Below are positions 49,828-60,779 of a stretch of DNA of 64,000 nucleotides, in pieces. The translations under genes and the position numbers were made by a program. Location: the NCBI GenBank assembly GCA_963422375.2, contig OY729427.2, positions 1-64,000 on the forward strand, given 5' to 3'. The DNA is from Bryobacterales bacterium (GTDB lineage: Bacteria; Acidobacteriota; Terriglobia; Bryobacterales; UBA6623). The notes below the pieces were generated by a model, which saw only the letters and a program-made list of their open reading frames with translations, was not told where the DNA came from and did not search any database. Each line of letters starts with the position of its first letter. The first letter of the stretch is position 1.

Positions 49828-51368
49828 GCGGCGCCCGCCGCGCCGAGCGCGGCAGCCCGCCGCGGGCGCGCGCTGCACGCTCGGTACGAGGGGTGCACCG
49901 GATCCGGAAGGCCCCGGCGCGACCCCGGTCCGGTCCGGACCGGCCATGCAGGCCGTCGAGCGCCGGGGATCCGCTGTCTTCGGCCCTCGCAGGGCCTGCA
50001 AGCGGCTTGCAAGGGGTGCCCTGCCACCGCCAACCGGGTTCCACCGGGGCAACCGGGGCATGCGCGGCGGCCTCTCTAGTCCCTTCCTCATCAAATCCGC
50101 TGGCAGGCTCGATTCAGATACGATCCCACACCCCACCCCTCTGTGCCCGCCGCGGCCGCACTCGCATGACCCCAGCTCGACACCCACCTCCCTGCTCACA
50201 GCAGTTCTAGTCGGACCATGGCGTTGTCGGCACTCAGATATATAATTCCCCAATACAAGTCGTCGCCCGGCAGGACGGGGCGGCAGGACGGCATCCAGTC
50301 GCCGTGCGCGGCGAGCCAGCGTTTGGCGGCGTTGCGCTCGCAGTCCCGCTCGCGCTCGTCCTCGCTCATATCGGCGCGGGTCGCGGCCGCGTCCTGCTGC
50401 GGGCGCACGAACTCGGGCATCGGCGGCAGGACCGTAGCGTGGCCGTCGGCCACCGCGGTGGCCGCGACCATGGTGTGGAAGTGATGCGGCCGGCGCTCGC
50501 TGCCGACGCGCCGCACCGAGCACTGCGGGCAATGCACCTTGTCGGAGCGGTGGAACCGGACGCCGTCCGGAGCCGCCGGCAGGCGCTCGTCGAGGCGCTG
50601 GAAGGGCTCGAGCGCGCCCTGCGCGGCCACGGTTGCGAGGCACGGCCGGAACAGCGGGTCGCACGCGGCCGGGTCGCGGTCGTCGAGCAAGTTGCGGATC
50701 CGGTTGTCGCAGGGGATGCGGCCCACGCCGCACAGGGTCCGGCAGTTGGAGCGCGAGCCGTCCCGCTCCATGCGCCGCTGGAACGCGAGCAACGACTCGC
50801 ACCGGGTGAAGAAGCAGGCCGGGGCGCACCAGGGCGCAACCGGCGGCGGCGCTGACCTCGTAGCGCTTGTTGCTGCGACCCGCGCGCCGGTCGGGCCGGC
50901 CGGCGGCCGTCTCGCGGAAGGCGCTCAGCAGCGAGTCCAGGACATGGGGCATGCACCCTAGCTCACACATTCCGCTAGCAAAAGTCAAGTGCCAGACTGC
51001 CTGCGACACCTTTCTCAGACACTCTGGAAATCCCGGAATGCCCAAAATTAGAATCGCTGGACGGAGCCCCTTAGGGCCGTCCGAGTCACCCGCTGGTCCC
51101 TCCGGATCTAATTAGTGCTTGTGACAAAACCCCTGAACTCTGGCCTGATCAGCATTTCATACTACATCCTGATGTCGGATGGATCTCCAAACACAACATA
51201 TAGGGTCCAAGGTCGGAAGTTGCTCAGCCGCCAATCGCGAAGATTTCCGCGCTCTACCCAGAATTGGCAGGATTTTGGACTAGTCGTAGCATTCCAGCGA
51301 AATCTTCGCCTTGAGAGATTGGACCTAATGCCTTTTTTGTCAAGGGGATACGAGTTTTTTCACGGGCA

Positions 51369-52295
51369 CTAATTAGAGCGTCGCAGCACCTCTAGCTGCC
51401 GCTCCGCCTCCCTCCACCGGCGCTCGGCCTCTTGCCGCGCCCGCGCCTCCTCGACCCTCTGCCGCGCCTCTTGGTCCCGCTGGCGCTCGGCCTCTTGCCG
51501 CGCTCGCGCCTCCTGGCCCACCCGGCGCTCGGCTTCTTGGCGCGCGCGCGCCTCCTGGTCCACCCGGCGCTCGGCCTTCTGGCGCTGCCGCGTCTCCTCG
51601 ACCCGCGCCCGCGCCTCCTCGCTCAGCGTCCGCAGGTATTCCCCCCTGACCGGATCCCAGATGCGCAGGCGCTGCGCGATGCCGTCGTAGCGCAGGTCCA
51701 AGCCCAGCACGGCGCTGCGGACGGACAGTTCCGCGCCGGGCAGGCGTTCGGCCGGCAGCGGCTCGTAGCGGCCGCCCTTCAGGCGGTCGCCCGCCAGGCG
51801 CGCCGGCAGCAGGCCGCCCATCGGGTCGTACCGGAAGTATTCGCGCACCCCCAGCCGCGCGTACAGCGGCGGCTTCTCGTGCAGGTCCGCGTCGACGGTG
51901 CCGGGAGAGGCGACTTCCAGCACGAAGTCCGGGGGCTTGCCCTCCTCCCACACGAAATAGGACATGCGATTGTCTCCCGGAACGCCCAGCGACACCATCA
52001 CGTCCGGGACGACCCTGCGCTTGGGACGATTCTCGACGTAGTACACCAGCAGGTTGTTGGCCACCAGCACGTCCTCGCGCCGCTCGAAGTAATGGGCCAG
52101 CATGGCCGCTGCATCGCGGATCGCCCTTTCCTGGAAGGTGTTGTCCGCCATCGGCCGACCGTCCGAGCTAGGGTACTGCGCCTCGGCTGCCGCAGGCTGC
52201 GGGGCGCGCCACCGCGGAGGGGGCGGGTCCGTCGGCGCGCGGCGGTCGCGGGCCGGGGCGAGCGGCGGGAATTGGTCGATCTGCTTGCCCGGCAT
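51369..52295 (-). CDS. Uma2-family (DUF820) endonuclease with C-terminal EARARQEAERR repeats
   Basis: YPSSDGRPMA, VPDVMV, PDFVLEVASPGT, LGVREYFRYDP. Confidence 0.9.
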   Translation of the reverse strand: MPGKQIDQFPPLAPARDRRAPTDPPPPRWRAPQPAAAEAQYPSSDGRPMADNTFQERAIRDAAAMLAHYFERREDVLVANNLLVYYVENRPKRRVVPDVMVSLGVPGDNRMSYFVWEEGKPPDFVLEVASPGTVDADLHEKPPLYARLGVREYFRYDPMGGLLPARLAGDRLKGGRYEPLPAERLPGAELSVRSAVLGLDLRYDGIAQRLRIWDPVRGEYLRTLSEEARARVEETRQRQKAERRVDQEARARQEAERRVGQEARARQEAERQRDQEARQRVEEARARQEAERRWREAERQLEVLRRSN

Positions 52296-52505
52296 GCGGC
52301 CTGGCGACCGGTCGCTTCGGTGCCGACACAGTATAGCGGATTAGTGCGGGGAGGCTCCCCCGGAGCGGCGGGCCGGAGCATGACGGGCCGCGAGGCGGCA
52401 CGGCTCGGCTGACGCGGGTGCTCCGGGCGGCGAGCGAGACGCTGGTCGGCAGGCTCAGCCGGGCGCGGGCGGTCGGTTCGGTAGGGACGCGCCCGTGTTG
52501 CGCCG

Positions 52506-54079
52506 CAGCGGTTCCAAATCTGGCCGTCAAGGTGGTGCGGGAACGTTGCATAGGCGGACTAGGCGAACCACTTGACCGGGAGGTCGCGCTAGCGAGGCCG
52601 CCCCGCGGGAGCGTCGGATGGCTGGCAGCCCGGCGGCGCGTCCGTCTCGCACCGCCGCCAGCAGAGTCGGCCGGTCCGGGAAGGGGCACCAGCGCAGCGC
52701 GGCCTGCAGCTCCCGGAACCAGCCGCGGCGCGTGACCAGCTGGCGCCGGCACTGCTGCCACAGCGCGCAGGCGCACCGCAGCACGGCATGGAGCGCGAAG
52801 GCGAACAGATTCGGCACGGCCGGCACTTCGGCCGGCACGGCCTTGCCGTGCCCGAAGTTGCGCTTGAAGTTGCGGCCGTTTCGCGCCAGGCAGCTGAGCC
52901 CCTCGTTCTCGATCTTCCGGCGGGCCCGGCCGGCTCGCGCGATCCGCTCCGCGTTGTCCGCGGTGACCGCGAGACAGGTGAAGAAGCAGTTGGCGCAGGT
53001 GCGGATGCCGCCGCGCTTCACGGCGTACTCGATCCAGGTGCCCTGCATGCGGTCGCGGCCACGGCGCAGGAGCACCGCGCCTTACCGGCGGAAGCGGTGC
53101 CGCTCGGACCGCTTGCCCTGCCCGGGGCCGCGGCAGTCAGCCGGTTGATCGCACAGCGCCGCTCGCCCGCCGGCTCTCCGGCACCTCGTACAAGCGCTTG
53201 CGGGATCCGGGCTTGCTTAGCGGGATGCAGTCCATGCCGGAGGCCTCGCAGACTGGCTGGCAGCAGTACAGGTCCTCGCCCGGCAGGACGGGACGGCGGG
53301 CCTGCAGCCGGGCGCCGTGCGCGGCGAGCCAGCGCTTGGCGGCGTTGCGCTCGCAGTCCCGCTTGCGCTCGTCCTCGCTCATGTCGGCGCGGGTCGCGGC
53401 CGCGTCCTGCCGCGGGCACGCGAACTCGGGCATCAGCGGCGGGACGGTGCCATGGCCGTCGGCGACCGCGATGGCCGTGACCAGGGCGTGGAAGCACTGC
53501 GGACGGCGCTCGCTGCCGACGCGCCGCACCGAGCCCTGCGGGCAATGCACCGTGTCGGAGCGGTGGAACCGGACGCCGTCCAAAGCCACCGGCAGGCGCT
53601 CGTCGAGGCGCTGGAAGGGCTCGAGCGCGCCCTGCGCGGCCGCGGTTTGCAGGCGCAGCCGGAACAGCGGGTCGAACGCGGCCGGGTCGAGGCCGTCGAG
53701 CAAGTTGCGGATCGGGCTGTCGCAGGGGATGCGGCCCACGACGAACAGGGTTCGGCACTCGGAGCGGGCGCCGTCCCGCTCCATGCTCCGCTGGAACTTG
53801 AGGAATGACTCGCATCGGGTGCAGAAGCAGGCCGGGGCGCACCAGGGCGCAACCGGCGGCGGCGCTGACCCCGTAGCGCGTGTTGCGACCGGTGCGACGG
53901 TCAGGCAGGCCGGCGGCCGTCTAGCGGTAGGCGCCCAGGAGAGAGTCCAAGACATGGGGCATACATCCCAACTCACAATATCCGCGAGGAAAAGTCAGGT
54001 GCCTGCCTGCGCCAGACCGCCTTCGACACCCTCCTCAGACACTCTGGAAATCCCGGAATGCCCCTATTTGGAATCGCTC
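52506..54079 (-). mobile_element. DDE IS copy 3, more divergent, frameshifted
   Basis: Degenerate TIRs, same transposase motifs, no TSD. Confidence 0.85.
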
Positions 54080-54199
54080 GTCAAGTCCTGAAGCAAGGAC
54101 ATCTAGGTTGTAGATTCCGACTTCCCAATTCATATTCTGAATGAATCGTTCGCTCCTTCCTAAGAATTCGACTTGTGCATTGGGCGGCTCCACAACGCT

Positions 54200-54470
54200 C
54201 GCCAGGTTCCGGAGCTTGACCAGGACACGGACCTCGTCATGGAAGCGGCGCACTCCATCCTCGTATGACTCCGTCCAAGCCAGGCCTCGCGGGCACATTG
54301 CAGAATGGTCTCCCAGCGCCGGCTCCGTTGGCATATACTCCTTGATCTCCACGGTATCTCCCAGCCTGTCGTGACGCGCACGATCCCGAAACCGCCCTGC
54401 CCGATCAGTCGGAGCAAGGTGTACCCGTGCAGGGATGTGCCGGGGCTTAGCGTGTCCTGAGGTATATCGC
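54200..54470 (-). pseudogene. Ser/Thr protein kinase N-lobe fragment
   Basis: YTLLRLIGQGGFGIV, then in another frame VEIKEYMP...RRFHDEVRVLVKL. Confidence 0.7.
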
Positions 54471-54676
54471 TGTTAGCGCTGGTCCTCGTTGTCTCGGTCG
54501 CGCGCCCCGAAGTGCCAGTTCGAGGATGGCCGCTACGCAACCAAGACCGTGACTCTCGGGTGTCCGGCAGGCTCGTGCCCGGCGGACGCATCTGCTCGCA
54601 GAGTTGATCTGACCTAGCGGCTGGAGAGCTCGCGCACGCTTGATCGTCATGCGCCGGACTAATTCTAGCCGGCGGC

Positions 54677-56408
54677 CAGCGATTCTCAATTTGGGCATTT
54701 GGGGATTTCCAGAGTGTCTGAGAAAGGTGTCGAAAGCAGTCTGGCACTTGACTTTTCCTTGCGGAATTTGTGAGCTAGGGTGTATGCCCCATGTCCTGGA
54801 CTCGCTGCCGAGCGCCTTCCGCGAGACGGCCGCCGGCCGGCCCGACCGACGCGACGGTCGCAGCAACAAGCGCTACGAGGTCAGCGACGCCGCCGGTTGC
54901 GCCCTGGTGCGCCCCGGCCTGCTTCTGCACCCGGTGCGAGTCGTTCCTCGCGTTCCAGCGGCGCATGGAGCGGGACGGCTCCCGCTCCAACTGCCGGACC
55001 CTGTTCGGCGTGGGCCGCATCCCCTGCGACAACCGGATCCGCAACTTGCTCGACGACCTCGACCCGGCCGCGTTCGACCCGCTGTTCCGGCCGTGCCTCG
55101 CAACCGTGGCCGCGCAGGGCGCGCTCGAGCCCTTCCAGCGCCTCGACGAGCGCCTGCCGGCGGCTCCGGACGGCGTCCGGTTCCACCGCTCCGACAGGGT
55201 GCATTGCCCGCAGTGCTCGGTGCGGCGCGTCGGCAGCGAGCGCCGGCCGCATCACTTCCACGCCATGGTCGCGGCCACCGCGGTGGCCGACGGCCACGCC
55301 ACGGTCCTGCCGCTGATGCCCGAGTTCGCGTGCCCGCAGCAGGACGCGGCCGCGACCCGCGCCGACCTGAGCGAGGACGAGCGCAAGCGGGACTGCGAGC
55401 GCAACGCCGCCAAGCGCTGGCTCGCCGCTCAGGGCGCCTGGCTGCAGGCCTGCCGCCCCGTCCTGCCGGGGGACGACCTGTCCTGCTGCCAGCCGGTCTG
55501 CGAGGCCGCCGCGGCGGCCGGCATGGACTGCATCCGGGTAGGCAAGCCCGGATCCCGCAAGCACTTGCACGAGGTGCCGGAGAGCCGGCGGGGGAGCGGC
55601 GCGGTGCGCTCGACCGGCTGGCTGCCGCGGCGCGGGAAGGGCAAGCGATCCGAGCGGCACCGTTTCCGCCGGACGGCCGCGGTGCCCCTGCGCCAGGGCC
55701 GCGACGCCCTGCAGGGCACTTGGCTCGAGTACGCCGTGGAGCGCGATGGCAAGCGCACCTGCGCCAACAGCTTCTTCACCGGTCTCGCGGTCACCGCGGA
55801 CAACGCGGAGCGGATCGCGCGCGCCGGCCGGGCGCGCTGGAAGATCGAGAACGGGGGCTTCAACTGCCTGGCGCGGCACGGCCGCAACTTCAAGCGCAAC
55901 TTCGGGCACGGCAAGGAAGGGCTGGCCAACGTGCCGGCCGTGCCGAACCTGTTCGCCTTCGCGCTCCGCGCCGTGCTGCAGTGCGTCTGCGCGCTGTGGC
56001 AGCAGTGCCGGCGCCAGCCGGTCACGCGCCGCGCCCTGTTCCGGGAGCTGCAGGTCGCGCTGCGCTGGTTCCGCTTCCCGGACCGGCCGACGCTGCTGGC
56101 GGCGGTGCGCGCCGGACGCGCGCCTCCGGGCTGCCAGCCGGCCAGGCGGCCGGGGCCTGGACTCCGCGCAGTCTCGTGCCGGCAGCGTCCGGCCAGCGGC
56201 CGGCCGTCAAAGCCGGCTACCGCCGGAGTGCGTCCGGTCGCGGGCTCGGCACTCGGCGGACCCGCGACGCGGGCCGCGCCACGGCCCTGCCCGCCGTCCG
56301 ACGCTCCCGCGGGCGGCCTCGGGAGCGCAACCTCTCGGTCAACTGATTCACCTCATCCTCCGAAACAACCTTCACGCACCCCCTTGACGGCCAAATTTAG
56401 AACCGCTG
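54677..56408 (+). mobile_element. DDE IS copy 4, most complete; 5' frameshift
   Basis: TIRs at both ends; ATG at 54784; main frame continues +1 after the 10-nt duplication at ~54897-54916. Confidence 0.9.
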
Positions 56409-56662
56409 GCGAGCAGTAATATGCTGTGGGGCCGCTCGGCCAGCTGCTGCCTCACGTCGTCGTTCGAACCGGATGACTCCGCGACGTAAAGGCGTCCTAG
56501 GTCATCCATGTCGATGATCATCGGGCGCTCGACGAGGGGCGGGCCCGCGACCAGCTCGATTTCGAAGCCGTCCGGAACGGCGATGCCCTCGGTGCCTCTC
56601 GGCGGGCCGCAGCCCCATGCCCAGGCGAGGAGGGTGACAGCGGAAACGTTGCGGAGATTCAT
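56409..56662 (-). pseudogene. 5' part of the split PVC-type dehydrogenase gene
   Basis: MNLRNVSAVTLLAWAWGC...VPDGFEIELVAGPPLVERPM...GRLYVAE. Confidence 0.85.
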
Positions 56663-57057
56663 GGCGGGGCCTTCGAGGGGACGTGCCGGACGCACAGAGG
56701 CGAGGCGGGACGTTCGGCCGTTCTCGGTCGGCAACCATGCTAGCGCCATCCAAGCCATGGTGCGTTCCGAGGCAGGTAGCCAGGAGCAGGGACCTTTCTG
56801 GGCCGCCCGGGGCGCACCTGGGGCTGTTCGTGGGGAATGGCTTCCCAGCGAAAATGGAATTCGTTCGCAATTCGCATGAACTTCGTCGAGAGACCCTCCG
56901 GCCAATCTCTGGATCAGTCGTCGATCCCTCGAAAAAAGGAATAATATTCGAAAATATCTGGCAATTCCGCTTGACACCCGAGAGAATCCGTGCGAATCTG
57001 ACAAGGAGGCAGCATTCAGCTGATCGGAAAGGGCCCTAGCCTGTCGGGAGAGTCAAT

Positions 57058-57639
57058 ATGAATTTCAGCGAAGACACTTCTACTCTATTGCGAACATTGC
57101 TGATCGCTGGCTTCGCGGCGGGGATGATCGCCAAGGTCTGCCGCGAATGCGGCGCGGAGGCGCTGCGCCAGCGCCTCTACGTTCTCGACGCGGAGCTGTT
57201 CGAGTTCGCACGTCTGGGACACATCGGGACCCGGAGCCCTGCCTACGCGATGCTGCGTGACAGCATCCGGAGCATGATTCGCTACTCGCGGCGGATCAGC
57301 CTGACCAGGCTCCTGCTCATCAGATTCCTAGGACCGCTGGCCGCCGGTCGGCGGGTGGAGCCCGGCCGCACCCTCGAGTCGCACCGGTCGAACTGGAGGC
57401 AGGCGCTGGGCCAAGTGGAATGCGCCGCGGTCCGCAAGGACCTTGCGGAGCTTCGCGAGCGCCTCCTGATCGAGGTCGGTGCGCATGTAGCCGTCGGAGC
57501 GATTCCTCTCGCACGGCAGGTGTTCGCCCTAGTCTCGCTGGTCCCGTCGTTCCGGAGCTTCCGGCGACTCGCCCTGCGCAACGCCGGCTTGGTCGAGGTC
57601 CTTGCACGGTCTTCCGAGAGACTGCCCGCCACTGCTTAG
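57058..57639 (+). CDS. Hypothetical protein with N-terminal hydrophobic segment
   Basis: 193-aa ORF with GGGAGAG RBS and AT-rich upstream region containing TTGACA. Confidence 0.6.
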   Translation: MNFSEDTSTLLRTLLIAGFAAGMIAKVCRECGAEALRQRLYVLDAELFEFARLGHIGTRSPAYAMLRDSIRSMIRYSRRISLTRLLLIRFLGPLAAGRRVEPGRTLESHRSNWRQALGQVECAAVRKDLAELRERLLIEVGAHVAVGAIPLARQVFALVSLVPSFRSFRRLALRNAGLVEVLARSSERLPATA

Positions 57640-58069
57640 TCCGTGGGCACTGGCACCGTCCGGCATCTAGGTCACTTCGCCTCGCGAGCCCACGCATCAA
57701 GGCGCCCCCGGCGCGACGGGCACCTGTGTCCGCGGGTTCTCGTGGAAGGCCGCGGGACACGGCCGGCAACTTGGACTCACGTCCAAGAACCGCATACCAG
57801 ACCCGCAGCCGAGCTACGGCGCACGATTCCGACAGGCCTTGTCCCGGAGCCCTGCGACGACGTGCGATGAGCCGGACGGCGGCAAGCTCCGGCCCAAGCA
57901 CCCGGTGCCCTTGGCGCACGGAACATGATCGGTTTCTCGGTGTTCCGGTGACCCCGCCGTTGCCTACAGAGTGTTCCGCGACCTCCCAGTGGGGCATCGA
58001 GGATACGCGATTCGCGCCACGTCAATTCGTGTATCTAGAGATCTCCGATCTAGATCTGAAAAATCACTC

Positions 58070-58203
58070 CATAAGTTCAAATCGGAAATGCTGACTTTTG
58101 TCAAGTAGAGGCATTCGCGCTCGGTGGGTGCAACTCCGAATGCACCAGCACTCGTGATGCGCACCTTCTCGATCATGGCCAATTGCGCTTGACTTAATGG
58201 CAT
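58070..58203 (-). pseudogene. Truncated gene start downstream of the methyltransferase (possible restriction endonuclease remnant)
   Basis: ATG coupled to the end of the methylase locus; low GC; no recognisable motif. Confidence 0.3.
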
Positions 58204-58253
58204 TAGAACAATCGCGACTGACTGCCTACAGGGAGAAACTTCGACTCGACCAT

Positions 58254-59450
58254 TTAAGTGACTCTTCGCAGGACAGGACTCATTCCATTTGAGAGCGTCG
58301 GCAGGAAAGTCAACAAGTCCCCCGCCATGTCACGAGGGCGCACCGTCGCTAGGACCCTAATCAGTCCCTTGGCGATAACTTCCGCAAGCCTTGAAGGAAA
58401 AGCATTCCCAATTAGATGCGATTGTTCTGTTCTTGATCCAAGAAACTCGAATACGTCTGGAAACGTCTGAAGCCGCGCACACTCACGCAACGTGAGAAAC
58501 CGATCAAGGGAAGGATGGGCAAACTCTCCGACGGCACCGGCTGTGATTGCCTTCGACGGCTCGTCCGGATGCAGTCGGCGCAGTCCGCCAGGAGCACCGC
58601 CGCGACGCTCGCTGGGCGTCCCATCCATGACTCTCCGGTTCGAGCGACGGCGAAAACTCACGTGCCATTGCCACTCGGGCAAGTCCTTCATCGTTTGGCC
58701 GGGCAACAGCGTACGGATCCTGGCGACCCGCTCTGACCCGACGTCACCGACAAAGTGTGCCTGTGGCACTCCCGACATTGATTCACTTGGCAGAGGGAGG
58801 TCGCCAATCGCACTCTCCACGGTCCCGGTAGGCGAGAGATGAGGTCCTTGCACACGTGCGCCCGGAACTCCGAACGCACTATGCGTTACATCCGGAAACC
58901 CTGGATCGAAGCCCAGCCCACCGATGGCGAGAACCCGCTTCCGATGCTGGGGCACTCCGTAATTGGCAGCGTTGATCTTGCGAAGATGCACTCGATAGCC
59001 CGCGACAATCACGGGCCGCAATAAGTCTTCCACATGACTTCCATCGTCGCCAGTCAGGAATCCCTCCACGTTCTCAAATACAAAAGCGGGCGGTCGCACG
59101 TTGCACACTATCGCAGCAAACGCCGCTACCAGCGAATTCTGTCGATCACTAGGTCGACGCAGACCCGCCGACAAAAATCCTTGGCACGGAGGCCCGCCCA
59201 CGACCAAGCTCGGGCGTGCAATGGAAGTATTCGACTCGGTGGTCCGGCGGTTTCAACCGCCTTCCCCTTCCCCCGTAATTGTACATGCTCACGCATCAGG
59301 ACTTCAGCCGTCGTCCGACTGGTCTGTCGCGAAATCAGAGGCGCAAGCGCTACCCCCGGCTGGAAGTCCCACAGCTGCCCCGCCCGGATGCAGGCAGCAG
59401 GCTGCCACGCCGCTGGCGATAGCAAGGAATTGACAGTCCCGCAACCAAGA
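58254..59450 (-). pseudogene. DNA (cytosine-5) methyltransferase, degenerate N-terminus
   Basis: GGPPCQGF, FENVEG, YGVPQHRKR, RECARLQTFP, IGNA; motif I region disrupted; lower GC. Confidence 0.85.
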
Positions 59451-59743
59451 CAGGTTAGCAACTCCTAGAAGAGTCCCGGCGGACGGTCCGGATGCGGATG
59501 GATTCCGTGCTGCTAGGGGTCCGCTCGGACGCATTGGACCGCCTTCGGCCGAATGTAGCCAGACCCGACCCGATCGGCAGGGCGCATTCGTCGGTCCTCG
59601 GGTGACGACGAGAATTGGAACCAACTGCAGTTGCCCCGGGATCTGTAACTCATTGCGAAATTGCAGTGTTCCGGGGTGTACAGTGCCCGCGACCTCGGGA
59701 TGTCGGTGGCATAGAGCGGAGATGGTATCTTAGCTTCGCAGGA

Positions 59744-60736
59744 ATGACTTCTCGCATAGCGCTGCGGCTTGCAGCAATCCTCGCCGCGCTGGCCTCTCTG
59801 GCGGCCCATTCCGGCGGCCAAGCGCCCGAGCGACCCCGCCCGGTCCGGAACGACGTGCCGCGCGAGGGGACGGAACTGCTGGTGTTCCGCCACCAGAAGC
59901 TCCACAAGGGAGGTCACGAGGCCTACTTTCGCTTGAGTCGCCAAGGGGTCTGGCCTTGGTTCGAGAAAATCGGAAGCCGCATCGTGGGCCAGTGGAAGGT
60001 GATCAATCCGGACGGCTCGGACGAGGATCCCGAATTCGACCACGGATACCGCCTCGCGCGCTACGCGAGCTACCAGCACTGGAAGGCAACCCGGCAGGGC
60101 CACATGCTGCTCGGCGGGAACGGTCCCGACTACCAGCGCAGCCGCGAGGCACTGCGTGCGCGAAGCCACTACGCCGCAGACTCCGACGGGGCGCACTTTC
60201 TCGAAGGCGCAACGGCGTCCGCCAAGGTCTACTACATGCCGGCCCTCAAAGAGTCCTACGCCCCGGTCGAGGCGATGTCGCAGCGCCCTCCACGCCCGGT
60301 TCGCAACGACGTGAACTGGCCGGCCCCCGAAATCGTCGTCTTGGACCGCTGGAGGGTCGACAAGACCTCGGCGGATGAGTTGATCCGCTCCGGCACCGAG
60401 AGCATCTGGCCGTACCTAGAGAAGGTCGGAGCCAGGATCGTAGGCCAGTGGAAGGCGGTATACCCGGCCGAGAGCGGCTTCGCGGAAAGCGACGACTACG
60501 ACGAGGTCTTCCTGATGGTCCGCTACGCGGGCTTCGAGCACTGGAAGGCCGCTCGGCCAGACCAGATCGCCGCGATGGGCGGCGACGGCCCGGACTACGA
60601 GGCTTTCAGGAACGCCTTGGCGCACCTCGAGCAAGTCACCCGGGGCAGATCGGTGACCTTTCTCCAAGGCTACATGTACAACAGCCCGCCGAAGTTCCTG
60701 CCGGGCCTTCGCGAGGCGTACCGGCCAGCCGAGTGA
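59744..60736 (+). CDS. Secreted protein with two tandem NIPSNAP-like domains
   Basis: Signal peptide; duplicated RPVRNDV...WP..EK.G.RIVGQWK...RYA...HWKA.R. Confidence 0.7.
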   Translation: MTSRIALRLAAILAALASLAAHSGGQAPERPRPVRNDVPREGTELLVFRHQKLHKGGHEAYFRLSRQGVWPWFEKIGSRIVGQWKVINPDGSDEDPEFDHGYRLARYASYQHWKATRQGHMLLGGNGPDYQRSREALRARSHYAADSDGAHFLEGATASAKVYYMPALKESYAPVEAMSQRPPRPVRNDVNWPAPEIVVLDRWRVDKTSADELIRSGTESIWPYLEKVGARIVGQWKAVYPAESGFAESDDYDEVFLMVRYAGFEHWKAARPDQIAAMGGDGPDYEAFRNALAHLEQVTRGRSVTFLQGYMYNSPPKFLPGLREAYRPAE

Positions 60737-60779
60737 GAAGTCGCATGAACCGAGGCCGACCACAGCGACCGAGTCGCGC

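Larger units (their letters stand above)
48823..50250 (+). mobile_element. IS1595-family element nested in IS copy 2
   Basis: Perfect 24-bp TIR GGGAATTATATATCTGAGTGCCGA; 8-bp TSD CAATACAG/CAATACAA. Confidence 0.9.
47894..51059 (-). mobile_element. DDE IS copy 2, interrupted by IS1595
   Basis: Same TIRs and transposase as copy 1; split at the DDLY motif. Confidence 0.88.
47894..56408. mobile_element. Composite transposon bounded by inverted IS copies 2 and 4
   Basis: Outer flanks TCGAGCAGT (47885-47893) and GCGAGCAGT (56409-56417) match 8/9; removing the unit restores the frame HSILLLEDL. Confidence 0.88.

Noticed and set aside
51410..51625. 42-bp DNA repeats as a non-coding array
   Set aside because: They encode the coiled-coil tail common in Uma2 proteins.
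47894..56408. Inversion between inverted IS copies as the cause of the split gene
   Set aside because: Inversion would swap the inner flanks and would not yield matching outer flanks with co-oriented gene halves.
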